Source: Methanobacteriota archaeon
GTDB taxonomy: Archaea > Thermoplasmatota > Thermoplasmata > Methanomassiliicoccales > UBA472
Length of the DNA stretch: 56,329 nucleotides
Reading direction: 5' to 3'
NCBI GenBank assembly: GCA_021372315.1
Contig: JAJFUT010000057.1
Span: forward strand, 1-56,329
Shown here: positions 16,042-25,621 of the stretch, in pieces
Position numbering within the stretch: the first letter of the stretch is position 1
Layout: each line of letters begins with the position of its first letter
The notes under the pieces: generated by a model
What the model was told of the DNA's origin: nothing
The model's database searches: none
What the model saw: only the letters and a program-made list of their open reading frames with translations
Program-made: the position numbers and the translations under genes

Positions 16042-17631
16042 TCAGTGCTTGTCGTGCTTCGGGTGCTGATGGACGGACTCTTCGCGCTCCTTCTTAGCGC
16101 GCTCGATCTCATATGCGTCCATCTTGTTCGCGACGTCGTTGTCCTCAGGCAGGACCTGCTTGACGATGGCTATGGCGTTCATCGCCAGTCCGAAAAGCTC
16201 CGGGGCGATCTTGATGTTGCCGCGGATGGACGTTCCGACGAGCTTGCCTGGGTTCATTATGTCGTCCGGGTCGAGCGTCGTCTTGATCGAGCGGATGTAC
16301 TTCGCTCCGGGTCCGCGGATCCTGTCCAGGTTCGACGCGAAGAACGCGCCGAAGCCGAGCGGGCGTCCGCCGTATTTGAAGCTCAGGTCAGCGAGCTTGG
16401 CGTTGAACCCGAACGATGTCAGGTTGACCATGTTGTCGAAGTCGGCCAAGTAGTACGGCATGAACATGATGGTGTTGCGGTCTACGACGGTGCCGACGAT
16501 CCCTCCGGTCATATGCAGGTCGTCCATTAGCTTGTACGTGCCCTTGGTGAACTCGGCGAAGTCCTTCATCGGGAAGACGACCTCTCCGGGGATTGCGCCG
16601 ATGCCGATCTCGCGAACGCGGTACTCGTAGCAGCGCTCCTCCCACTCATGCTGAGCGATCTCGTCGCTGACGCGCTTACCGCCTGCCTTGGTCATGACCT
16701 CCTCGATGACCTTGTCCTCGTAGGCGACCACCTCCTTCGCGCCCTCGAGCATGATGTTGCACAATGACCCTACATCGGGCGCGTGCTTGCCGATCTTGCG
16801 CAGCATCTCGAAGTGGTTTCCATCGGAGAAACCGACGTGGAGCGGGTCGACGCGCTTGCGCGTCATCTCGAGGAGCGGGGCCCCCATGGCGTCGAGGCTG
16901 TCGAAGGCGTACGAAACCGCCTTCATGACCTCAGGTCCCGGTATGAGCCTTAGAGTGACCTTGCAGACGAGGCCCAAAGTGCCCTCGGCACCGGCGATGA
17001 GCCTGTTCAGGTTATATCCCGACATGTTGTCGGCGATCTTGTCGAATCCGGTGTTGATGAGCGTCCCGTCCGGCATGACGACCTCCATGTTCCGGACGTT
17101 GTCGGCGGCGCTGCCATATTTCATCGAGCCCATTCCGACGCCTCCGGTGGAGATCCAGCCTCCGAGGGTCGCCGATGGGAACGAGGATGGATATGAACCG
17201 AGCAGAAGTCCCTTGGCCATGCATGCGTCGTAAACGGCTCCCCACGTCGCTCCCGCCTGAACGGTCACGGTCAGACCGATTGGGTCTATCTCGAGGATGT
17301 TGTTCATGGCGCCAGTGAAGTCGATGAGGATACCGCCGAAGACAGGCATCGAGCCGCCTAGGCCCCAGGTCGAAGAACCGCGAGGCGTGATCGGGACACC
17401 TTCGTCGGCTGCGATCTTGACGATCTTGACGACGTCCTCGGTGCTGCGCGGCCTGACGACGATGTCGGGAACGTTCTTGAATCCGAGCTGTGTCTCCTTT
17501 GGCAGCGGGGCGAGGTCATGGCTGTAAAGCAACCTCTCCATCTTGCTTGTCTTTACATTTTCTTGCCCGATCGCGTCCCTCAGCCTAGCGACGAGCTGGG
17601 GGCTTGCCGTTTTATCCTCTTTTGAATCCAT
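16042..17631 (-). CDS. FAD-linked oxidase (GlcD / D-lactate dehydrogenase family)
   Basis: 529 aa. FAD-binding PCMH-type N-terminal domain (PDIVVRPRSTEDVVKIVKIA..GVPITPRGSSTWGLGG) and a C-terminal FAD-oxidase_C-like region. Confidence 0.85.
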   Translation of the reverse strand: MDSKEDKTASPQLVARLRDAIGQENVKTSKMERLLYSHDLAPLPKETQLGFKNVPDIVVRPRSTEDVVKIVKIAADEGVPITPRGSSTWGLGGSMPVFGGILIDFTGAMNNILEIDPIGLTVTVQAGATWGAVYDACMAKGLLLGSYPSSFPSATLGGWISTGGVGMGSMKYGSAADNVRNMEVVMPDGTLINTGFDKIADNMSGYNLNRLIAGAEGTLGLVCKVTLRLIPGPEVMKAVSYAFDSLDAMGAPLLEMTRKRVDPLHVGFSDGNHFEMLRKIGKHAPDVGSLCNIMLEGAKEVVAYEDKVIEEVMTKAGGKRVSDEIAQHEWEERCYEYRVREIGIGAIPGEVVFPMKDFAEFTKGTYKLMDDLHMTGGIVGTVVDRNTIMFMPYYLADFDNMVNLTSFGFNAKLADLSFKYGGRPLGFGAFFASNLDRIRGPGAKYIRSIKTTLDPDDIMNPGKLVGTSIRGNIKIAPELFGLAMNAIAIVKQVLPEDNDVANKMDAYEIERAKKEREESVHQHPKHDKH

Positions 17632-17782
17632 CTGTAACCCTCAGGTCAATGATGTTAATAAGATTACATCCCGAAACTCATCATCCTATTTTAAATGTAT
17701 TGCCATCTGGCGCACCATCCATCTAAGTATTTTTGTTGTTGGTCGGGATGGTGCTTTCAACAAAGGTGGTATAAAGAATGAT

Positions 17783-18068
17783 GGTCCGGGGTTTACTGAG
17801 CATCTGGTTACTTCGATGCGCGGCACCGTCCAGGGTATCTGCAGATCCTCAAGATCGTTGAGCCGTTTTCGCCCGTTCTCCGAACTGGCTGGTCCACCAC
17901 ATGGGTGGCAGGCATGTTCTGGAATCCGCTCAAAGAACACAGATTTACTGTTGTCCCTTGTTGCAGACCGAAGCAGGAGCTTCAAAGCGGGACAGACACC
18001 AAGGACATCATCCACAAATGACGTTGATATCAGTCTGCTTTCTCCAGATGCGTTGCAGCCTCCGGACC
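17783..18068. other. 286-nt element bounded by a bipartite inverted repeat in an ORF-poor gap (candidate structured RNA or MITE-like relic)
   Basis: GGTCCGG(17783-17789) pairs with CCGGACC(18062-18068), and CATCTGG(17801-17807) pairs with CCAGATG(18044-18050). Internal hairpins at 17894-17908 and 17970-17983. No convincing ORF. Confidence 0.2.
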
Positions 18069-18168
18069 TAATAATTACTAGGGGGCCCGGAATATAAGTA
18101 ATCTTCGCATACGATGTTTCGACGCCACCAGAGATGTAAAAAATACATATAAAGGACGTTGACGGACG

Positions 18169-18399
18169 TCAAATTTCCTTCCTCTTCAAGGCGTCGAGCT
18201 TCTCCTTCTTCGCATGGATCTTCTTGGAGACCCTCTCCATGTGCTTCTCGTTCTTCGCCTTCAACTTATCATATTTCTGCTGGTCGATCGTCTTCTTCTG
18301 AAGCTCCCTGCGAGCTTCCTCGATCTCCTTTCGGTACTCGGCCTTCAAGGCGTTCAGGTCCTTGATCTTGTCCTCCAGCTGCTTTATCTTGTCCGCCAT
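18169..18399 (-). CDS. small coiled-coil protein, hypothetical
   Basis: 76 aa. Heptad-like K/E-rich sequence. It is followed by the hairpin GACGT..ACGTC and a T-run on its strand (18125-18160). Confidence 0.45.
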   Translation of the reverse strand: MADKIKQLEDKIKDLNALKAEYRKEIEEARRELQKKTIDQQKYDKLKAKNEKHMERVSKKIHAKKEKLDALKRKEI

Positions 18400-18443
18400 G
18401 TCGCTCCGCTCCAGTTATACGGCCACTAGTGCGCTGGGCGATA

Positions 18444-18863
18444 TTAAGCATTACCCTTCCCGGTCTCCTGGATCCATCTCATCTCGTTGAGCAGACGCCC
18501 AAGGGTGTCCTCGGATATCCGGTGGAGGTGCGAAAGGCATTTGCAGTCCGATGAACCGAACCCGGAACAGGGGATGTCGGAACCTGGCAGAACGTCGATG
18601 GCGGCGTTGATCTGGCACTCCATGTCGGGGCCTTCGATGAGGATCGCCGAGATGAGAGAGCACCTCTCGAGAAGGTAATCGATGTGCCAATGCTTCCTTT
18701 TCGAATCTGAGAAATGCCTGCCGACCCTCTGTTCCAGACCGGACTGCGCCGAACCCACATAAGTGTACAGGCCTGCCGGCAGTTCCTTCGTCCCTAGCGC
18801 ACCGATCTCGAGGACCGTGTCCTCCTCGAGCGACATCACCAAGACATAGGAACCCTTTCGCAA
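18444..18863 (-). CDS. DUF123 (GIY-YIG/Uri superfamily) protein
   Basis: 139 aa. GLYTYVGSAQSGLEQRVGRHF....HWHIDYL is the DUF123 hallmark. Confidence 0.75.
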   Translation of the reverse strand: MRKGSYVLVMSLEEDTVLEIGALGTKELPAGLYTYVGSAQSGLEQRVGRHFSDSKRKHWHIDYLLERCSLISAILIEGPDMECQINAAIDVLPGSDIPCSGFGSSDCKCLSHLHRISEDTLGRLLNEMRWIQETGKGNA

Positions 18864-18975
18864 GCTGCCCGCCCTCCAAAGACAGGCACGCTAACGAACT
18901 TCAGCGATATAGTCCATTGCGTCGAACTTGGCCACGATGCCCGAACAACGATGGACCTGCGCCCGATTCGAAGGT

Positions 18976-19539
18976 TCATCTGACCTTGGCGGCAAGGGCC
19001 GCCACCCTTTCCCCGAGCGCCCTTGCGGCCTTCATGCTCTTCTCGTCGCCCTTCGCGGCCCCCAGGTCCCTGACGTTCGAGTGCGCGAAAGCGTACGAGG
19101 GGAGAACGAGGCCCTGCAGCGTCATGAAGTCCATGATCGTCGAGGTCGTCAGTTCGTGCCCTGCCCTTCCGCCGACCGCGATGACGCCGCCGACCTTCCC
19201 TTCGAGCTTCTTGCCCATCTTCGAGAGCAGGTACGTCCTGTCCAGGAACGCCTTCGTCTGGGACGTCATACTGCCGAAGTAGATCGGCGTGCCTACGATG
19301 ATCGCGTCCGCCTCGAGCAGTTTCGCGTATATCGGCTGCATGTCATCGTCGATGAGGCACTTGCCGTCCTTTCCGCAGGTGGCGTGCGCGACGCAGCCCC
19401 TGATGTCCTTCCCCGCGAGCGTGATGATCTCGACCTCCGCCCCCTTCGACCTGGCGCCCTCCAGCGCTTCGGCGACGAGGATCTCCGTATTGCCGCCCGC
19501 CCGGGGGCTTCCAGATATCCCAACGACCTTCATGTCCAT
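18976..19539 (-). CDS. flavodoxin-fold NAD(P)H-dependent FMN reductase / iron-sulfur flavoprotein-like
   Basis: 187 aa. Contains KVVGISGSPRAGGNT, the Cys cluster GCVAHATCGKDGKC, and GTPIYFGSMTSQ. Confidence 0.85.
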   Translation of the reverse strand: MDMKVVGISGSPRAGGNTEILVAEALEGARSKGAEVEIITLAGKDIRGCVAHATCGKDGKCLIDDDMQPIYAKLLEADAIIVGTPIYFGSMTSQTKAFLDRTYLLSKMGKKLEGKVGGVIAVGGRAGHELTTSTIMDFMTLQGLVLPSYAFAHSNVRDLGAAKGDEKSMKAARALGERVAALAAKVR

Positions 19540-19635
19540 ACCTTGTTGATGATGTCGTTGTCGAATAGTAAAAGATGTCGCTGCCGCGGTCCGCCATCGC
19601 AGATCGATGCAAGCTCATCGGCGGGACGGCATGAC

Positions 19636-20571
19636 TTATGCCTTGCCCGCTCTGGCCAGGTCCTCCGATTCGACCTGGCTCCTTGTCTTGATCTTGATCA
19701 GGACGCTCCCCTCCATCCTTGAAGGTGTGATGACCGCGATGTCCCCGAGCTTCCTTCCGTAGATCTCCAGATCAGCGATCTTGTCCTTGAACTGCTCGTA
19801 GGGGACCTTCGCCCTGACGCCGTCGACGTGCAGCACGACCGGGGCCGGCCTGAGGTTATCCTGTATCGCCTCCAGATCGTCGAGGCGGTCCTTGATCTCC
19901 GCGGGATGGACGAACAGGGGATCGAGGTCGACGTCCCTGCGCTTGTCCTTGATGATCGACTGGACCTTGTCCGCGACCTCTTCCAGCTTCTGGATCTCCT
20001 CCGGTCGCCTCATCCTCTCGACCTTCCGTCCGATGCCGCAGACGATCGCCTCGCAGTTCGGAAGCGACTCGAACTCGGGGCCGCAGGCCGCCACGACCGG
20101 GACCTGGATGTCCGCCCATAGCTTGTATTTGTATTTCTCGACGCAATCCCTGAAGTTGCCAACGACGAAGACGGCAGCGTCGTACTCGTCTATGATGGCC
20201 CTCTCCTCCGCATTGATCTGCGCGGTTTCCTTGCCCTTTCCGCGGGCGAGGCCCATGACGACGGTGATCGCGCCGTACCTCCTCAGGTTCTCGGCGATAT
20301 CGCATATCGGGTGCGGCATGTGGTGCCTTCCGAGGGTGGGGCCGACGACGACGATCTCCGTGCCGGCCAGAGGAACGTCCAGCAGCTTGCCGCCTAGCTC
20401 CCTCGTCTTCGCCTCGATGATGGGGCGGTCCTCCTCGGGTATGGCGAAGGTGATCGTGATCATCACCTGGATCTGCGTCTTCTGTATGATGAAACCGCCA
20501 ATGTCCTCGACGAGCTCGTAGAACTCGTTGATCTTGTAGACGCCTCCGTCGAACATCAGTACCTGGAACAT
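19636..20571 (-). CDS. mmp7: methanogenesis marker protein 7
   Basis: 311 aa. Contains GGVYKINEF..EDIGG, GTEIVVVGPTLGRHHMPHPICDIAENLRRYG, and GLARGKG. Its start overlaps the mmp17 stop (TGATG). Confidence 0.8.
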   Translation of the reverse strand: MFQVLMFDGGVYKINEFYELVEDIGGFIIQKTQIQVMITITFAIPEEDRPIIEAKTRELGGKLLDVPLAGTEIVVVGPTLGRHHMPHPICDIAENLRRYGAITVVMGLARGKGKETAQINAEERAIIDEYDAAVFVVGNFRDCVEKYKYKLWADIQVPVVAACGPEFESLPNCEAIVCGIGRKVERMRRPEEIQKLEEVADKVQSIIKDKRRDVDLDPLFVHPAEIKDRLDDLEAIQDNLRPAPVVLHVDGVRAKVPYEQFKDKIADLEIYGRKLGDIAVITPSRMEGSVLIKIKTRSQVESEDLARAGKA

Positions 20572-21128
20572 CAGGCGCCCTCCATATTGTGATGGATCTC
20601 CTCGGTCTTGATGAGCCAGTCAGGCTGAAACCCATGCTCGGTGTTAGCGATGGTGAGAACGTCCGACGATGAGTAGGTGTGGCGGATCTTCAATCCTTCC
20701 GGCACGAGCTTCCATATCGCATCGAGCACCTGCGCCCTGAGCTCCTCCTCCGGGTCGATGGTCATGTCCCAGAACGCCGTCCTGTTGACGCCGGTGACAT
20801 AGACCTCGTAACGTGTGAGCTGCTCGACCCTATCCCTGCCGAAGGTCTTCCAAAGGAGCGCCAGGAGTCTGGGCGCGTAGTTCTCGTCGGTGATGTTGAT
20901 CATCACGCCGCCCTCCTTGTCCTCAAGCTCGGCGATCTCGTTGACCGGCTTGGCGCCGGAGGCCTTCCTCATCTTGACCGAGATGACGAACAGCGGGTCG
21001 CTCGGACGGACAAGCATGTAGACCTTATCGAGGACCGTGGTTATCCCCATCTCGAGCAGGATGTGCTCGAATATTTGGGCGTACGATTCCGCGCCTTCCT
21101 TGTCCGTCCCTTCCGCGATTATCTCCAT
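20571..21128 (-). CDS. mmp17: methanogenesis marker protein 17
   Basis: Start trimmed to MEIIAEGTDKEG (185 aa), 2 nt after the mmp15 stop. The ORF-track N-terminal extension overlaps mmp15. Size and operon position fit Mmp17. Confidence 0.7.
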   Translation of the reverse strand: MEIIAEGTDKEGAESYAQIFEHILLEMGITTVLDKVYMLVRPSDPLFVISVKMRKASGAKPVNEIAELEDKEGGVMINITDENYAPRLLALLWKTFGRDRVEQLTRYEVYVTGVNRTAFWDMTIDPEEELRAQVLDAIWKLVPEGLKIRHTYSSSDVLTIANTEHGFQPDWLIKTEEIHHNMEGA

Positions 21129-21130
21129 GC

Positions 21131-22360
21131 TCAGCGTCCCTCTAGGAATCCGGAGGACAGGAGAGCCGCTCCCGCCGCTCCGATGTACTGCGAGTTCGGA
21201 GGCACGATCGGTCTGGTACCGAGCGTATGCTCCATCGCCGTCACCAGTCCGGAGATGAGCGACGTTCCGCCCACCTGGATGACCGGCAACCTGACGTCGA
21301 TCTCCTGCAGCTGTTGCTCGTATATCTGCTCTGCCACGCTGTGGCATGCCGCAGCGGCCACGTCCTCTATCGTGCTGCCCGCGGCCAGCGAGGTGACCAG
21401 GTCCTGAATTCCGAATATCGAGCAGTATGAGTTCATAGGCACCTTCGTGTGGTCGCCTTTATCGGCCAACGCCCCCAGCTCAGTGATCTCGACCCTGAGC
21501 CTCTTCGCGGTCATCTCCATGAACCTTCCCGATGCGCCTGCGCATATCCCTCCCATGGTGAAGTTGTCGGGGATGCCGTCCCTGACGGTGATCGCCTTGT
21601 TGTCCATGCCGCCTATGTCGATGATCGTCGCCTCTCCCTTCTGGCGGTCGGCGAGCCAAACGGCACCCTTCGAGTTGGTCGTGAGCTCCTCCTGCACGAG
21701 CTTGGCGTTGTACCTCTTGCCTAAGGTGAACCGCCCGTACCCTGTGGTGCCTATCGCTTCCATGTCGGTCAGCTTGTATCCCGCTTGCTCGAGGGCCTCC
21801 TTCACGACGGTCTCGGCGGACGAGAATATGTCGGCGGTCGGGGTCCATGCCTTTCCGATTATCTTGTTGTCACGGAGGACCATCGCCTTGGTCGTGGACG
21901 AGCCGGAGTCTATCCCCATCGTCAGTCCGACCTGGCGTTCCCTGGCGAGCAGCTCCTTCCTTTCGACTATGGTGACGAGCGCCTCCATCCTTGTAAGCAG
22001 CTGGCCCGCCTTCGTCCTCTCCGTAAAGCTGTAGGTGACGACCGGGAGCTTGGTGTTGTTCTGAATGAACTTCCTCAGTTCCGTCCGCACGAGCGCGGCC
22101 TCGGCGCACCTGAAGCAGGTCGATATGAACACTGCGTCGGCGTCGTAGCGTTTCTCGGCGAGGGAGTACGCCCTCGCGATCATGAGCTTGAGCTGGGGGC
22201 TGACGGGGTTGAAGCCGAACCTCTCGACCGCCGAGTTGATCTTCTCCATGTCCACATCCGGATAGACCATCTTCGCGCCGACGGCCTCTGCCGCCTTCTC
22301 GATCTCCGTCTGGACGGCGGAGTAGTCTGTCCCGCAGGATAGCTGTGCGATCTTGATCAT
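21131..22360 (-). CDS. mmp15: methanogenesis marker protein 15 (ASKHA/BadF-BcrA-type ATPase fold)
   Basis: 409 aa. The C-terminal half has actin-fold phosphate motifs ([31 protein letters not shown]). Confidence 0.85.
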   Translation of the reverse strand: MIKIAQLSCGTDYSAVQTEIEKAAEAVGAKMVYPDVDMEKINSAVERFGFNPVSPQLKLMIARAYSLAEKRYDADAVFISTCFRCAEAALVRTELRKFIQNNTKLPVVTYSFTERTKAGQLLTRMEALVTIVERKELLARERQVGLTMGIDSGSSTTKAMVLRDNKIIGKAWTPTADIFSSAETVVKEALEQAGYKLTDMEAIGTTGYGRFTLGKRYNAKLVQEELTTNSKGAVWLADRQKGEATIIDIGGMDNKAITVRDGIPDNFTMGGICAGASGRFMEMTAKRLRVEITELGALADKGDHTKVPMNSYCSIFGIQDLVTSLAAGSTIEDVAAAACHSVAEQIYEQQLQEIDVRLPVIQVGGTSLISGLVTAMEHTLGTRPIVPPNSQYIGAAGAALLSSGFLEGR

Positions 22361-22794
22361 TTCTTCAATCCCTCCAGGAATGCCTTGAGCTTGGCGACCA
22401 TCGCCTTCGCCTCGTCCTCGTTGTTAGGGTAATCGAGCTTGATCACCGGTATCTTGCGCTTGTGTATGAGGAGCTTCATCATCTCGTTCGTGCGGGCGCA
22501 GCCGACGCATCCGAACATGAACGGGGCGTCCTCCATGATGACGGCCGCCTCTGCAGCGTCGATGAGCGGCCCGTAGATCGCCAAACGTCCTCGGATGCCC
22601 GACGGGATCTCGATGGCGGCGTACTTCAGCCCCTTCTTCACCACGTCGACGGTGATGTTCATCGGAGGGCTCTCGATCTCCCTGTTCTCGATCCTTTCCT
22701 GGAGCGCCGCCATGACGCTGAGCGGCTCGTGTCCGAACCTCTCGACCAGGTCAAAAAGTATAAGGCTGTTCGGCGGGACTATCAGAACCTTCAT
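22357..22794 (-). CDS. mmp5: methanogenesis marker protein 5
   Basis: 145 aa. Contains [18 protein letters not shown] and [16 protein letters not shown] overlap with mmp15. Confidence 0.8.
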   Translation of the reverse strand: MKVLIVPPNSLILFDLVERFGHEPLSVMAALQERIENREIESPPMNITVDVVKKGLKYAAIEIPSGIRGRLAIYGPLIDAAEAAVIMEDAPFMFGCVGCARTNEMMKLLIHKRKIPVIKLDYPNNEDEAKAMVAKLKAFLEGLKK

Positions 22795-22796
22795 CG

Positions 22797-23216
22797 TTAA
22801 CCCTCCCTGCAGATCTTCTGGAGCTCTTTGACGGGGACCTTCTCCCTCTTCTTGATCTCAGGCACGGGTTCTCCCCTGTCCATGCACTGAAGACCTTTCT
22901 CGATGAGGACGAGGTCCTTCCACTCCTTCTCGAGCTGGGCGAAACCGGGCCTCGAGCCCTTGTGCGCCCTGCATCTCCTCGGGTCACCGACGGGGAATCC
23001 GCGGACCTTGGTATAGATGCGGTTGGGGTCGATCTTCCTGATCTCGGTGACCAGCCTCCTTACCTCCTCCCTCTTGCCCATGACGACGACGCCGAAGCAC
23101 GTCTCCTTGACGATGACGTCGAAGTTCATCGCGTGGATCGTGCGAGCTATCTGTCCCGGAGTGAACTCAGAGTCCGGGGCCAGTACGATGTACCTTGTCT
23201 CATTCTCGGGTATCAC
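22797..23216 (-). CDS. mmp6: methanogenesis marker protein 6
   Basis: 139 aa. Contains FDVIVKETCFGVVVMG and GFPVGDPRRCRAHKG. 4-nt overlap with mmp3. Confidence 0.8.
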   Translation of the reverse strand: MIPENETRYIVLAPDSEFTPGQIARTIHAMNFDVIVKETCFGVVVMGKREEVRRLVTEIRKIDPNRIYTKVRGFPVGDPRRCRAHKGSRPGFAQLEKEWKDLVLIEKGLQCMDRGEPVPEIKKREKVPVKELQKICREG

Positions 23217-24841
23217 TTGGATGCCTCCTTCTTCGGGGCCTTCTTCGCGGGCTTCGACCGCGATCCTTTCGGGGCTGCATTGGCGGACCTCTTGACGGCC
23301 CTCTTCCCGTCGGGGTTCACATTGGTCTCCCTGACATAGACTATATGCCCGTCCTTGAGGCCGTCCATCATCGTCGGGATGTCGCTGACGAAGCGCCCTA
23401 AGATGTTGGTGCCGTGCTCCTCCTCACCGGTCGGACCGAACTCATCGCTGTCCTCTAGCCTGATGCCTATTATGCCGCGGTTGGGCCTCGACATGTTCGT
23501 CACACCGATGTCCCCCTTCCGGCATATCTTCTCGAAAGAGACCTCGGGGAAAAGACTGGCTCCCAGATCGTCGTTGCCCTCGAAGGTGACCATCGGCATC
23601 CCCTCGTAAGTGAAATGGACCTTGACCGTCCCTATCGGCTTGTTGTCCAGGCCGGTTATCTTCTCGATGTACCTGATCGTGTTCGGGGACCTATCCCTGA
23701 ACATGTACCAAACGGTGACCCTTTTAGGGTCGACTCCAAGCGTGTAGACCTCCTTGTCCTCCAAGGTGTGCAGGGTCAGCTCGGGCTCCTGCTCGACGAT
23801 GATCATATCATCGCCATCCTGACCGGTCCTCTTCTGAGAGAGCCCCCTCGCCCGGAGATATTCCCCTCCCTCCTTCTGGGTCATCCCGACGACCATGACC
23901 CTCATCGGGTCCGGTATTACCGTGACGACCCCGTCCATGGGGACGAGGTGGATCAGGTTGAAACCGTTCGTGATCATGCCGATCATGTTGTGAGAGGAGA
24001 CGATCTGCCTCTTGCTCTGGTAGAAGTAGATGCGACCCATGCCTGGCCCGGTGCTTCGGACCGTGACCGCGTTCCTCTCCCTGATGGCATGCGTCTCATC
24101 GATCAGATTGACGTCCATCCGCACGGAGCTCGCCGTGTACGCCTCGGTCTTGTCCGTGACCTTGATGGTGCCTTCGCCCTTCTCGAGCGCGACAAGGAAG
24201 TGCTCTACCGACACCGGAGAGCCCGGATCGAGCTTCACCGAGACATAGGTCTCGACCGTCATCCCCTCCTCGAGCTTAGTGCCGTAATCGGTCGTAGCGA
24301 ACGCGTCCTTGGAGCTGTACTCGAGTATGACCGGGGTGACGCTGACGATGCGGTCGGTCTCCTGCAACGTGTCCAGGACATGCCTCCCGCGGGTTATCCT
24401 TCCGAATACGGGGGCCTCGACCCCGTACGACGCCGAGTGGTCCTGCCTCGCCACCATGATATAGGTCGTCCTATTGTCGTAACCCCCGAGGGCTATGAAG
24501 CAGTCGTACTTGATGAACTTCGACGGCTCCCTGGACGGGACGGCCGACGAAGGGAACGATCCGATCGCGGTGACCTTGGAGGTCTGCCATCTCACCGTCC
24601 TGTCGACGAGGCTTTGATAGATCTCCCTCCAAAAGGTCTGCCATCTCTCCACCAGCACCCTGATCACGAAAGAGCCGCGGGTCGTGACGACCTCGAACTC
24701 GCTCGTCTCCTTCTTGATGTCCTCAGAGGAGCGGATCAGGGCCACGGCTGAACCCGGATGGTGCGGCTCCCCTTTCAAAACATCCGATACGGTCGCCCCG
24801 ATGCCTACGTCCCTGGGGTTGCCGTTCACAGTTATTTTCAT
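23213..24841 (-). CDS. mmp3: methanogenesis marker protein 3 (UPF0288), with a Lys-rich C-terminal tail
   Basis: 542 aa. First gene of the marker operon. N-terminus is MKITVNG..VGIGATVSDVL. An AATATATTTAAT TATA-like element lies about 30-40 nt upstream on the minus strand. Confidence 0.85.
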   Translation of the reverse strand: MKITVNGNPRDVGIGATVSDVLKGEPHHPGSAVALIRSSEDIKKETSEFEVVTTRGSFVIRVLVERWQTFWREIYQSLVDRTVRWQTSKVTAIGSFPSSAVPSREPSKFIKYDCFIALGGYDNRTTYIMVARQDHSASYGVEAPVFGRITRGRHVLDTLQETDRIVSVTPVILEYSSKDAFATTDYGTKLEEGMTVETYVSVKLDPGSPVSVEHFLVALEKGEGTIKVTDKTEAYTASSVRMDVNLIDETHAIRERNAVTVRSTGPGMGRIYFYQSKRQIVSSHNMIGMITNGFNLIHLVPMDGVVTVIPDPMRVMVVGMTQKEGGEYLRARGLSQKRTGQDGDDMIIVEQEPELTLHTLEDKEVYTLGVDPKRVTVWYMFRDRSPNTIRYIEKITGLDNKPIGTVKVHFTYEGMPMVTFEGNDDLGASLFPEVSFEKICRKGDIGVTNMSRPNRGIIGIRLEDSDEFGPTGEEEHGTNILGRFVSDIPTMMDGLKDGHIVYVRETNVNPDGKRAVKRSANAAPKGSRSKPAKKAPKKEASK

Positions 24842-25000
24842 CTAGTCGACTGGTGTAGGGTCTGTCCCCATTAAATATATTCCCATGTTAAATCCATAGG
24901 CCAGCATTTATCATTTGCTTAAGGATGTGGTGAAGAAAATATTACAGATGTCCGCTCCGGTTCGACATATTTTTTATAATGGGTACTCCGGTTCACCGGC

Positions 25001-25582
25001 GTGGACCACGAAGACGCTCTGAAAGCCGTGGAGAACAAGGTCAGGGGCCTCCCCGGGGTGATCGATTTCATCTACTTGGACGCGGACCTCCGGGAGAACA
25101 TCGTCGCGCTCGAGAGCGCGTGCGAGAAGAACGGGGCCTGCGGGGGCCTCATGCCTTACATCAACACAGGCGTGTGGGAGACGTTGCGCAGACAGCAATG
25201 CTTCGTCCTCATAATCAGCTCGTCCGCGATGCTCCTAGGTCCGACGAAGGACCTGGTCTACATCGCCGACAAGAAGGGTCAGGTGATCGGCGAATATCTA
25301 ACGCCCGAGAGGCGGGAGGAGTTCAAGGAAAGGACCGACGTGTCCTTCCTCGGCGAAGATTTCATCCTGTATATGAACGTCGAACCGGAGGGCGAGCCTT
25401 TCTTCGTTCTGCCGGAGATGCCGTTCGATTTCCTCAAGGGCATCGATGACGTGATCGACGTTACGTCGGCCAGCATTTCGACCCTGAGCGATGACTACAT
25501 CAGGGACAGGTTCGGATACAAAGCGACGAAGCACTGGACGCATCTCGTCGGCTTTAATCTGGCCACGAAGGCCGATCAGTAG
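25001..25582 (+). CDS. conserved hypothetical protein, paralog A of a two-member family in this window
   Basis: 193 aa. GTG start about 22 nt after the TATA box TTTTATAA (24972-24979). Shares EDF(I/V).(Y/F)MNV.PE..(E)FF..P..F, I.DV.S.S, R(F/Y)G and VGFN blocks with the gene at 32214..32762. Confidence 0.6.
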   Translation: MDHEDALKAVENKVRGLPGVIDFIYLDADLRENIVALESACEKNGACGGLMPYINTGVWETLRRQQCFVLIISSSAMLLGPTKDLVYIADKKGQVIGEYLTPERREEFKERTDVSFLGEDFILYMNVEPEGEPFFVLPEMPFDFLKGIDDVIDVTSASISTLSDDYIRDRFGYKATKHWTHLVGFNLATKADQ

Positions 25583-25621
25583 ATATGAATGGAAGATGAC
25601 CGCGGTCCGAGCCTGAACATA

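Noticed and set aside
17783-18068. Identification as SRP (7S) RNA or RNase P RNA
   Set aside because: The size and closed ends fit, but the hallmark motifs are missing. I could not find GGAAGG(A/G)AGCA (SRP helix 8) or GAGGAAAGUCC (RNase P CR-I) on either strand. The GUAAACCCC-like and GAAAACGGCUCAA-like strings occur in the wrong order. It is kept only as an unassigned candidate.
23615-24751. 378-aa plus-strand ORF inside mmp3
   Set aside because: It is an antisense shadow of a well-supported marker gene, with R/D/L/P/H-biased composition and no start context. The same applies to 5279..6112 (opposite trpB2), 54301..55122 and 55465..56205.
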